Assembly (NCBI GenBank): GCA_030390025.1
Contig: JASTWF010000036.1
Span: forward strand, 2,356,001 to 2,418,000
Length of the DNA stretch: 62,000 nt
Origin: Squalus acanthias
Lineage: Eukaryota
Reading direction: 5' to 3'
Shown: positions 13,502 to 23,830 of the stretch, piece by piece
How positions within the stretch are numbered: position 1 is the stretch's first letter
Layout: each line of letters opens with the position of its first letter
Made by a program: the position numbers and the translations under genes
The notes under the pieces: model-generated
What the model saw: the letters and a program-made list of their open reading frames with translations, nothing else
Told to the model about the DNA's origin: nothing
Database searches by the model: none

Positions 13502-13759
13502 TGGATATTGAAGATTTTCTATTATACCACTGATAAGACATTATATACATTTTAATATGAGCAAATAATATATTATTTTTAGAAATACATTTGCTCACGG
13601 GGAAGTAAGGTGGTGCAATTGGTCTCGGTGATTCTGGGCTCGAGAGCGTTGTCATGTACGCAAGTGTTGCTGGGTGAGGACATGATTGGGCTCAGCTGTG
13701 ATGCTCCCTCCCCCATTGCCAATCAAAGAGCCTTTTGCCATCTGGGTTTGCCCAGGAAG

Positions 13760-14600
13760 AACGAACTTGCATTTATATAGCACCTTGCACATCCTCGGGG
13801 CATCCCAAAGTGCTTCACAGCCAATGAGCCAGCCATGTAAGGGTCCATCAGTGTAGTGGTTATGTTACTGGACTAGTAACTCAGAGGCATGGATGAGTGA
13901 TCTAGAGAACGTGGACCATTGTAGTTTGAGAATTTGAATTCAGTTTTTTTTAAAAAAGCTGTTATCAGTAAAAAAAGAAGTGACCTTGAAGTTTTCGGAT
14001 TGTTGTACAAACCCAACTGCTTCATGAATGTCCTTTAGGGAAGGAAAATCTGCCGCCCTTACCCGGTCTGGCCTATATGTGAATCCAGTCCCACACTAAC
14101 ATGGTTGACTCTTCGCTGCCCTCTGAAGTGGCCTAAAAAGCCACTCAGTTAACGGCAACTAGGGAATGGTAATAAATGTCAGTCTTGCCAGCGATGCCTA
14201 CATCCCAAAAATGAATGAATTAAAAAAAGTACTTTTGAAGTGTAGTCAATGCATGATGTAGGGGAACACAGGAACCAATTTGTGCACAGCAAGGTCTCAT
14301 CAACAGCAATGAGATAAATAACTAGTTCATCTGTTCTAGTGGTGCTGGTTGGGGGATAATTGTTGGTCAGGACACAGAGAGAACTCCCTAGCTTTTCTTT
14401 GAATAGTGCCATGGGATCTTTTACGTCCACCTGAGAGAGCTGACTGGGCCTTGGTTGAACGTCTCATCCAAAAGATGCCGTTCCCTCAGTACTGTACTGA
14501 AGTACCAGCCTAGATTATGTGCTGAACTCTCTGGAGTGGGACTTGAACCCACGACCTTCTGACTCAGAGGTGAGAGCGCTACCAACTGAGCCAAAACTGA
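13760..14600 (-). mobile_element. SacSINE1-like SINE interrupted by a second SINE at 13828-14228
   Basis: CACAGCCAATGA|AGTACTTTTGAAGTG is split by the insert. tRNA-like head at about 14530-14600. Confidence 0.75.
13828..14228 (+). mobile_element. tRNA-derived SINE with a 3' tail shared with the LINEs at 25876 and 58745
   Basis: Head GTGTAGTGGTTATGTTACTGGACTAGTAA, body TGTCCTTTAGGGAAGGAAA, tail CTTGCCAGCGATGCCTACATCCC...AAAAAA. Confidence 0.75.
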
Positions 14601-14800
14601 CACTATGAAGAACAGCTCCATGGGTGAGGTACTAGGGGGGGATTGGCCATCGTACATGGACCTGTACCACAGCACGAGTCAGGAGAAAGGAGAGGAGGAA
14701 ATATAAATGTAATGACACAAACATAACAATGCCTGTTATAAATGGACAAAATTGAGAGGTCGCACAACACCAGGTTATAGTCCAACAGTTTTATTTGAAA

Positions 14801-14842
14801 TCACAAGCTTTCGGAGCTATCGATCGCCCCTTCCTCAGGTGA
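14801..14842 (-). ncRNA. Minimal type I hammerhead ribozyme motif (stem I intact)
   Basis: Reverse complement reads TCAC CTGAGGA A GGGGC gatcgata GCTCC GAAA GC TT GTGA. Confidence 0.75.
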
Positions 14843-14963
14843 AGTAGTAAAGAAATACAGACTCGACAAAGCATATATAGATAGAGAACAATGCATGTGT
14901 ACCTTACAATTGCATTGTTCTCTATCTATATATGCTTTGTCGAGTCTGTATTTCTTTACTACT

Positions 14964-15005
14964 TCACCTGAGGAAGGGGCGATCGATAGCTCCGAAAGCT
15001 TGCGA
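14964..15005 (+). ncRNA. Minimal type I hammerhead ribozyme motif (one A-C mismatch in stem I)
   Basis: TCAC CTGAGGA A GGGGC gatcgata GCTCC GAAA GC TT GCGA. Confidence 0.7.
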
Positions 15006-15187
15006 TTTCAAATAAAACTGTTGGACTATAACCTGGTGTTGTGCGACCTCTCAATTTTGTCCACCCCAGTCCAACACCGGCATCTCCGCATCATGTTATA
15101 AATGGCACAGACCAACACCGAACAGAGATATTCTAAAGAGTTCCTCTATGGGTCACACCTCTATGTTGACATCAGCACTATGGTTAC

Positions 15188-16300
15188 CTGAGCCCTGTTT
15201 TTTGTTACTAAGCGTTCTCCTCTCCTTCTTAACAGACATCGTATTTCAGCCTCCAATGCATCAGAGCTTGCCTCCTCCCACGCGCTTGATTCATAGCTGT
15301 TTCCCAGACTGCTGACTTAATTGTTCGCTTTCTCAGCTCCGTATTGACTTTAGACCCTCGCTGATGACTGATTGCTTTCCTTGTGCAGCGAGCTGAATAA
15401 GCTTTCTGCATCACACAGTACCTCCACATCACCCTTAATTTATCACTAGCCTGTTTGCTGTTCTTTTGTCTCCATTTAGTCAGCCTTCCCCTCCCTTTTT
15501 CAAACTGCATTTCTTCACCCACTCCCCCCATCTCCCCCGAAAAAAATAAAAGCCTATAAGAGGGAGACTGTGGCGGGGCGTGCTTCTTCGAACTGATGAA
15601 TGCTGCTGCCCCTATTGTGCTGAGTCAGACACTTCCTCTGCATTAATGTATCTGCAGTGCAGTCTTTCCTCTGCGAGACTCTGAATGTGCTTCAGCTGCC
15701 ATCCCATCCCAAGCCCATTACACGTAGTCTCGCGTGAACACCGATCAGAGCCATGAAGCAAAGCGTCTGTGCTGCTTGCGAGCAATTCGAGATTGCGAAC
15801 ACCTTCTTATTTTGTTTGCGATTTCCTAAATTGGAGCGCAGAGGTTCTCTCCCCTGCAGTCTCTGAAGCTGCTTTATGATATCGATCGGGCAGGAGCCGG
15901 GGGTGGAATTGCAGAGTGCTGTGCCTGTGATTATGTATGCAGTGTTTTCACTCCCCAGAGAAATAACAGTGTGCTGTGTTCAGTTGCTTTTACAGGATAC
16001 CCGTTTCCATTTATTTGCTGTGTGTCCTGGGAGCAAATAAGTTTAAAAAAAAATAAAACGGCTTTATCTTCAGCTCAGTCTCTCCTCCTTCCCTGACACA
16101 AGGTTCGCACATGCAGCAACGCAGAGCAACGAAAAGAGGGCGAGTCAATTGTAACCATGTAGACGGTTTACACACCAGCCTCAGCGCTGTAGCGAAACAG
16201 TGTCACTGTCGCGGCGAGACTCAAGCTGTAGCGTTAACTGGAATTCCTACTCGTGATTTGACTACGGTTCGTACTAGAACGTTGGAGTAGAAACAATTAA
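15188..16300. promoter_or_regulatory. Non-repetitive, CpG-enriched, promoter/first-exon-like region
   Basis: GC box GGCGGGGCG near 15572, TATA-like TATAAG near 15554, AP-1 TGAGTCA near 15621, and a minus-strand donor CAG|GTAAC at 15188/15187. CpG density is raised, judged by eye. Confidence 0.35.
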
Positions 16301-16917
16301 CAGCTGGGGGGGGGTTGATCCCAGGCCACAGCCATAACAAGGGCCTCGATTTTAACCTCCCCCCGCCCCGACCCCCGACGGGTGGGAAAGGGTCAGGGAT
16401 CGGGGTGGGGGTGGGGGGTTAAAATATCGGTATTGAGCAACCCGACCCCATTCCCTAGTGGCAATTCAGGCCCTGGACAAGGCTCCCGCTAAAAGCAGGC
16501 AGGGGGCCTACTGAACATGCAAAACTCGCGGCCCAATGACATTATTGGCGACGTGACTTATTTTTAGCCTCACCACGGGAGGAGCCCTGCACTGTCTGTT
16601 GCCCGGCAACAGCAACACGGCGGGAGGAACCGACTGGCCAGAAGAGGCCCAGGTAAGCTTTACAACTTTGCTTGGTTTTAAGCTCCTTGCGGGCCAGGAG
16701 GAGGAGTGCTCACCACCCCACCCCTCGCAGGCCTCACAAGGAAGCCTTCGGCCTCCCTAGCCCCGATCACGGCCCCGAGCCTTTAACACTCCATCCCCCC
16801 TCCTGATCACAACCCCGATCACGGAAATGCCGCCCTCCCCCCCTCCGGCCCCGGTCGTTTGCTCCCGCCCGCCAGCCAGACAGTCAATCTGGCTGGGTGT
16901 CAGGCGAGAGTCTGCAT

Positions 16918-17760
16918 CGCCTCCACTACTCACCTTCAAGCAGCCGCCTAACCTCAAAAGTACCATCGTTCGCAGCAGATTACCCATCTTTCAGGAGAAC
17001 AGCAACCACGACACCACACAACCCTGCCACGGCAACCTCTGCAAGACATGCCAAATCATGGACACAGATACCATCATCACACGTGAGGACACTACCCACC
17101 AGGTACATGGTACATACTCATGTGACTCGGCCAACGTTGTCTACCTGATACGTTGCAGTAAAGGATGCTCCAGAGCATGGTACATCGGCGAGACCATGCA
17201 GACACTGAGACAACGTATGAACGGACACCGCGCAACAATCGCCAGGCAGGAGGGTTGCCTCCCAGTCGGGGAACACTTCAGCAGTCAGGGGCATTCAGCC
17301 TCGGATCTGCGGGTAAGCGTTCTCCAAGGCGGGCTTCGGGATACACGACAGCGCAAAATCATAGAGCAGAAACTGATAGCCAAGTTCCGCACTCATGAGG
17401 ATGGCCTCAATCGCGATATCGGGTTCATGTCACGATACAGAACGTGACTTGACATCATGGCTGGTCTTTCCAGGTTTTGTTTTAAAAAGACTAACACAAC
17501 AAATGGAGAGGATATGCAGCCAGCAGGTGTTTTGACACATTGGACCCCCTGGGACACATCTCATTGTCTTGGCTGTGCTCTTAGTGTGTCTTTGATGTAG
17601 GGAAAGATTTGAATAGATTTTTTCTGTGTTTATATTGTGAATTCTGGGAGATTCTCTCACAGCTACCTTACCTGAAGAAGGAGCGAACAGCTCCGAAAGC
17701 TTGTAAAATTAAATAAATCTGTTGGACTATAACCTGGTGTTGTGCGACTTCTGATTTTCG
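16918..17760 (+). mobile_element. 5'-truncated Penelope-like retroelement (Neptune-type Cys linker plus GIY-YIG endonuclease, stop at 17447) with 3' pseudo-LTR
   Basis: PCHGNLCKTC linker, VVYLIRC...WYIGET, RMNGH, HF, E...GLN motifs of PLE endonucleases. Confidence 0.9.
17668..17706 (+). ncRNA. Minimal type I hammerhead ribozyme motif in the Penelope pseudo-LTR
   Basis: TTAC CTGAAGA A GGAGC gaaca GCTCC GAAA GC TT GTAA. Stems I and II are fully paired. Confidence 0.75.
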
Positions 17761-17769
17761 ATTTATATA

Positions 17770-18199
17770 AACATAGAAACATAGAATCTAGGAGCAGGAG
17801 TAGGCCATTCGGCCCGTCGAGCCTGCTCCACCATTCAATACGATCATGGCTGATCATCCAAATCCAGTACCCTGTCGCTGCTTTAATCCCCACAGTACAC
17901 ATATCCCACCCTACCCCCGTAACCCCACGTATTTAATTCCCCCTAACATATCCCATCCTATCCCCATAACCCCACATATTTAATCCCCCCCTAACACTAA
18001 GGGTCAATTTATCATAGCCAAATCAACCTAACCCGCACATTTTTGGACTGTGGGAGGAAACCGGAGCACCCGGAGGAAACCCACGCAGACACGGGGAGAA
18101 TGTGCAAACTCCACACAGACAGTCACCCGAGGTCAGATTCGAACCCGGGTCCCTGGCGCTGTGAGGCACCAGTGCTAACCACTATGCCACCGTGTTGCC
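17770..18199 (-). mobile_element. HE1-type V-SINE, full length
   Basis: tRNA-like head GGCAACACGGTGGCATAGTGGTTAGCACT...GGTTCGAATC, V-domain GGGTTTCCTCCGGGTGCTCCGGTTTCCTCCCAC, CR1-type 3' hairpin and TTCTATGT tail. Confidence 0.88.
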
Positions 18200-18698
18200 A
18201 TCCAATGAGATCCTGCCGTTAAGATTGGAAGGGCTTCCACGTCCCCGGCCTCACCGGGTTCTTCGCCCGCTACCGGGCTCCCCCGCGCCCTTCCCGCCCT
18301 CCCGTTAATATCTTTCAAGGTCTTTCTATGTTAAAGGCGCTATGTAAATGGAAGTTGTTGTTGTTGCCTTCTGCAGTTTAGGTTCGAAAGCGCAGAGTGC
18401 TAGCCCTGAAACATTGCATCATCATGACATCATGGCCTAGAAATCCGATCGCGCCCAGAAACGGGCATATAGTCGGCGGGGCGGGCACTGCCCGCCTCTG
18501 TTAGTGTTGACACAGGCAGCACGCAATATTTGTGCTGCCTGATCATTTTAATGACACAGACATGTCAAACAGCTACGCCTTTTTGGGGGGGGCGGGGGAG
18601 GGGGATGAATATCAGGAGTCTCTTAAAGACAGCCAGCACCTCTTACAGGGGAGGTGCACTCTGCCTGCAAAAGGAAGAAAACACTGAACAATAGTGAA

Positions 18699-20425
18699 AT
18701 GACTGCAACAAGCACTGAGAACACTAAGGAGGTCCTGGTCCAGGCAATGGACAGGAGGAGAAATATCCTCATCCCCCCAGAGGCAGGAAGCCCTCCTGGC
18801 ATCAACTACGCCAGCCATGGGAAGAGTTTGCAGAGTATGTGAATGCCAGGAGTTTAGCACCCAGTACTTGGCTGCAATGCTGGAAGAAGTTCAATGACCT
18901 CACTAGAGTCGTCAAGGTAAGAATAGTGCTCTCTTACTCTCTGCTCACAGCTCCACCACCTCCAGCCTCACTACTCTCAAGACTCCTCCCCTGCTTCACT
19001 CTCCGACAATTACATCACCGCACTTCACAACACCTGCTTCTCCTCTCACTCATATACTCACTATTATCACAACCCTTACTTACCTAAAACTCACATCTGA
19101 CACACCAGCTACCAACTATTCCACAATGACAGAAACATTCTCTAAACACCTCAAGACTCTCACTAACACACTCCCTTCTTTGTTGCAGGAGAAGGTCGCC
19201 TACAACTCAATACAACAGGCTGCCACCGAAGGGGTCCAAGCCCGCCTGCCCACCCTTTCCCTCCTCGAGGAGCGTGTGCTGGTCATCAAGGGCAGGGGCA
19301 GAGTCGAGGCCATGGTGACTGGCAACGCTGGAGGAGACTTTGTGCAGGGTTTCTTCACAGCTCATCCTCTTTGTCCCTTCTGTCTATCTCACCCCACACA
19401 CTCTGCAGGACAAACTGCAGTTGCTTTCACCACCCACTCATCCCTCGCTACTCTCCCTCCACACCACAAGCTAACCCTTGTCCCTCTCTTTAATGTCAGG
19501 TGCTGAGAATGTGGAAACCCCTGTGCCAGTGGTGGAAGAGGAGACCAGTCTTCCTGAAGATGCACCATCACTCGATCTGACCCTCGCAAGGTGCAGCTCA
19601 GAGACTGGCACCACACGGACTTTAGCGGCTAGGCTAGAGGAGGGGTCTTCACGTGGTGAATCACCGGGTACAAGTGTGCAGGAGCTAGGGCAGGGATATA
19701 TGACGCCACAGGTACAAGCTCACCAAAGGGTGAGATCACAAAGCTCTGCTGCAGAGGACTCAGATACTGACTTTGAGGACCCAGGCTCCCAAAGGCGGCT
19801 GATGGGCATCTACCAGGAAATGCGCGGTGCACTGGGCAGCCTGCCAGCGAGCTTGTGCACAATGTCGCAGAGCATTCAGGAGTCCCGCTCCAACTTGTCT
19901 CAAGGCTTCACGCAGAGCATGGAGACCATTCTGTCCAACATGGACTGAGTGGTCAGCTCCATCAACACAACAATGGTGCCCCCATCATGAGCCTCTCCTG
20001 ACAGCTCTCACAGCTGGCATGGAAGCTCAGACAGCTGCCATTTTGGCTCGGAGGGCCAGTGTTGACAGGGGCTTCCAGAGCGTCACATCACTCCTGCACT
20101 TTGTTCTCAAGCAGAGCCTTATGAGTGCTAAGGCTCAGTCCCAGGAGAGTGGCCTTGACTCCATGGGAGTGGCACCTGCTGTCCTCTCTCAGGATGACAG
20201 AATATCTGCTCCCCCACCAATCACTCCACCAATGCCCTTGTTAGTGCCACACAGCCAGCTGGGCCGGACTGCTCCAGCCCAGGCAAAGATGCCGCAATCT
20301 GTAGCCTGGCCCTCAAGGCCCAGAGCTGCTCGAGGTCACCCACCACGGCCATCTGAAGTATCCTCAATGGAAGCTCAGCAGCCTTTCACCTCCCAAGCTG
20401 TAGCCACTGGGGAAACACTTCGTAC
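18699..20425 (+). pseudogene. Myb/SANT-like (MSANTD/NAIF1-like) DNA-binding protein pseudogene, three exons (~18699-18916, 19189-~19347, 19500-~20425)
   Basis: EVLVQAMDRRRNIL.../VNARSLAPSTWLQCWKKFNDLTRVVK|gtaag; cactaac...ttgcag|EKVAYN...LSLLEERVL. Contains frameshifts and stops. Confidence 0.75.
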
Positions 20426-20439
20426 GAACCTATTTTTTA

Positions 20440-20827
20440 TTTTAAATTTGTTTTCAAATCCCTCCATGGCCTCGCCCCTCCCTATCTCTGTAATCTCTTC
20501 CAGTCCTACAACCCCCGAGATCTCTGCACTCCTCTAATTCTGGCCTCTTGAGCATCCCCGATTTTAATCGCTCCACCATTGGTGGCCGTGCCTTCAGCTG
20601 CCTGGGCCCTAAGCTCTGGAATTCCCTCCCTAAACCTCTCTGCCTCTCTCTCTTCTCCTTTAAGATGCTCCTTAAAACCTCCCTCTTTGACCAAGCTTTT
20701 GGTTATTTGTCCTGATATCTCCTTTTGCTGCTTGGTGTCAAAATTGTTGTTATTGATATCGCTCGTTAAGTGCCTTGGGACGTTTTGCTATATTAAATGC
20801 GCTATATAAATGTAAGTTGTTGTTATT
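20440..20827 (+). mobile_element. L2 LINE 3' fragment
   Basis: Ends GCGCTATATAAATGTAAGTTGTTGTT. Homologous to 23401-23830. Confidence 0.75.
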
Positions 20828-22507
20828 GAACCCTAGGATAGGGAAAGGAACAGACAAGACAGGCACTAAAGAAGAACGAAAGAACGAACTTGGATTTCTA
20901 CAGCGCCTTTCATGACCTCAGGACGTCCCAAAGCGCTTCACAGCCAATGAAGTACTTTTGAATTGTAGTCACTGTTGCAATGTAGGTTTTCGGACTAAGG
21001 GCTTGCACAAGGGTGATTTGTGATTTTTCTCGTCAATAGTGACATACTGTAAGAATATTTGAATAAGGTGGTTGTAAGGACAGTGGTAAGGATGTGGGAC
21101 CTGGTGTATTGGGGAATGGGAGGGCTGATTCAGGTAAAGTGTTCCTCGATGAGCCTGTCTCCGAGAGCTCGGGCAGGTAGGGGCACTGGTGGTCGCTGCC
21201 TCTTGTCTCAACCTGCTCCTGCAACTGTTGCTGCCCAGCCAGAGAATTTGAAATTGGCCTCCCAATTGCACTGTGGGAGCCTGATTTAAATATGTTAATG
21301 AAGTGCCCTGCCTCTCCACGGTGGGACACTCAGACACCGATATCCACCGCCATAAAAAAGGCAGGGAACGTGCGGGCAGTGGGTTGGGGTCGCGTTTCCC
21401 CGTATTTAATTCTTTGACCGCCCCCCCCCCCCCACGCCCATCATGGATGGGTTTCAAATCGAGACCATTATCTCTGAGGCAACAATAGTGCAACGCCAAC
21501 TCTCTTTAGACAAAGTGGATTCTCCAGTGTGATGAAACACACCAAAGATGTTAACCAGCAGCCTGAAATGACAAACCAGCAACTAACCTGCAAGTACTGC
21601 ATGATCCCTTTAAATAGCACTGGCGAGGGGTCCTTGCTGCCGGTCAGTGCCACGTGCTGCTGGGCGAGTTAAGCACGGGGCACGTGAAGTGCTGGGCTAA
21701 TCGGAAATGGAAAACCGGTCGTGCAAGAAGCGCAGGATCCTCATTTAAATGAAATATTCTGCTCTCTGCATGCTCCTGCTGCTAATGCATTCACCTACAC
21801 CAATATGGCGGGCAGCCCACTTCTGGCTGCAAATGTGCGCGTGCTTCCTGCCCGCCATATTGGGACGTTGGGAGACCATTTAGCGCCCAAAAAACAGGCA
21901 CTGTGCGGCCAAATTTCTAGGCCTAGGCGGTCAGAATGTGAAAAGATTTCAAACCAGTTTCAAAAATCAGGGAGTAAGTTCAGTATTGGAAAAGCCAGTG
22001 TTAATTGGCTCTCCAAATCTGCAGCCCATTTGAGAGCGATTTGCTCTTAGTCCACTTGGGGAAGTGTAAATGCATCCTCCAACTATTCTGTCTAATAGAT
22101 CTGGCAGCTGCATTCAGGACCTGCATCTGAAAGTGAGGCTTGAACCAATTAAGCATGAAACCATATATTTCCTTCACTTCATCTCAGAGCTAAAGTTAAC
22201 TCTTCGTCAGCTTTAAAAAAAAACATTCCTAAGAACTATGGCCTTGAAATTATGCTACGTGAAGATCATTCTGTAAAGGCTCAATGCAGTCCTTCGTCCC
22301 CTGTTTTATCTCGAGGGTCGACCCTTTCAACAGGTTAATGCCTCCATTAAAAGGGTGGGCCAAGGAATTAACTCATGAAGTGTTCGTAGGCTAATCTTTG
22401 CACTGCACAGTTTTAAGGCTTATATTCCCTCGAATCTCAGCTAACAACTGCAGAGTTACAAACAAAAAAGTACAAATGGTTTAGGAATAGCAACTTGCAA
22501 ATATATA

Positions 22508-23400
22508 GGGGTAAAAATTCAGTTGGTTGCGCCTCCCGTTAGCGCCTTAAGAGGGCGCTAACGGGGCGCAAAGCCGCTAACGCCCGGGCGCAGCGATGTT
22601 TGCACCGCTCGGGAACTTAACTTGACATTGTGCGGCGGCGCTAAAACTTACCGCTGCGACCACCTGCGCGCGCAGATTGTGACGTCATTCCATGGTGCAA
22701 CGCCCTTGTGGCGCCCCGGAGCGGAAATTGAGTGGCGCCCCCTGCCTTACCGCCTGGCGCATCCAACGACCAGAAGACTGGAACGCTATCAATCGCTGTG
22801 GGGCTGGGGGGGGCGCTATTTAAAGGGGGCCTCTTCCTGTCTTTTATTGTTGGTGGCATTTTTGAACTACGCATTCTGAGAGAGAGAGGGAGAGACTTCT
22901 GGAGAGATTCAACGTTGTGTGAAGGAGTTTTGGGTACTGAGCAGCACTTTGCAGGTTCATTTTGATTTGCCATTCCTTGTATCGATTTAGCAGAGACTGT
23001 GGGAGCTGCACTCTGAGCTCTTTGCCTGGTACTCTCCATTGTTCTTTCCAGCACATTTGATGTGCAAGTCTCTCCAGGCCGAGATTCAAGGCAGCAATGA
23101 ACAGGATGTGGATGGAAAGCAAGATTAACCATCCCCTTTAAGAACTGGCCCGTGCCATTGTGTGTGTGTTCCATTGCTGACTGACATTACATGAGCTTCG
23201 CCAGCGCTCTGAGTTAGCGCCTCACTCCTCGGCCTTTGCGCCTTAAGACAGGTGTGCAGCGCCTGCTTTAGCGCTCCACTCACCTCCCGGGGCGGTAAAA
23301 GTGAAGTTTCCAGTCAGTGCCGATAATTAGCGCCAGGCGCTAATATTTGCGTCCAGACGATATTTGCGCCCCAAATGGGGCGCGACCTAATTTCTACCCC
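22508..23400. mobile_element. Non-autonomous Harbinger-type element with 3-bp TSD ATA
   Basis: TIRs GGGGTAAAAATT and GGGGTAGAAATT (rc), flanked by ATA/ATA. Many subterminal TAGCGCC/GGCGCTA motifs. Confidence 0.82.
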
Positions 23401-23830
23401 ATAGTGCCTTAAATGGAGAAAAATGTCCCAAGCAGCTTCACAGAGGCATAAGGAAAAAATGGATACTGAGCCAAAGGAAGAGATATTAGGAGGGGTGACT
23501 AAACGCTTAGTCAAAGAGGTTGGTTTAAAGGATGGTTTGAAACAAAGAGAGGGGGCTGATGAGGGAATACCAGAGCATGGGGCTTTAGGCACGGCCACCA
23601 ATGGTGGGACAAAGGGATGGGGGGATGCACAAGAGGCTAGAGTCAGAGGAAGAGAGAGGTCAGTGGAGTGGTTGTAAGGCCGGAGGAGGTTACAGACACG
23701 GATAGGGTGAGGCCATGGAGGAATTTAAACACAAGAGTGAGAATTTTAAATTGGGAGGCATTGGGGGACCAGGAGCCTGCGTAGGTCAGTGAGAACAGGG
23801 GTGATGTTTGAATGAGACTTGGTGCAGGAT
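23401..23830 (-). mobile_element. L2 LINE 3' fragment
   Basis: Minus-strand FKILTLVFKFLHGL, typical of the L2 ORF2 C-terminus. Confidence 0.72.

Larger units (their letters stand above)
14743..15093. mobile_element. Non-coding Penelope-like element: inverted pseudo-LTRs (153-bp arms) plus 30-bp tail, 12-bp TSD TGTTATAAATGG
   Basis: Arms 14743-14895 and 14911-15063 differ at one base. TSD copies at 14734-14745 and 15094-15105. Arms are homologous to the 3' end of the GIY-YIG element (17665-17760). Confidence 0.88.
16341..18312. mobile_element. GC-rich non-autonomous DNA element hosting nested Penelope and HE1 insertions
   Basis: Starts GGGCCTCGATTTTAAC, similar to termini at 1257 and 21467. 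Host-like sequence resumes at about 18200. Confidence 0.5.
18434..21923 (+). mobile_element. Harbinger/PIF-type element with a decayed, intron-containing Myb/SANT-like gene and nested inserts
   Basis: Perfect 11-bp TIR GGCCTAGAAAT. Subterminal inverted repeat AATATGGCGGGCAG...CTGCCCGCCATATT at about 21802-21862. Confidence 0.75.

Noticed and set aside
18120..18199. tRNA gene (also at 9386-9460, 3210-3279 and 14530-14600)
   Set aside because: These are tRNA-derived SINE heads that continue into SINE bodies.
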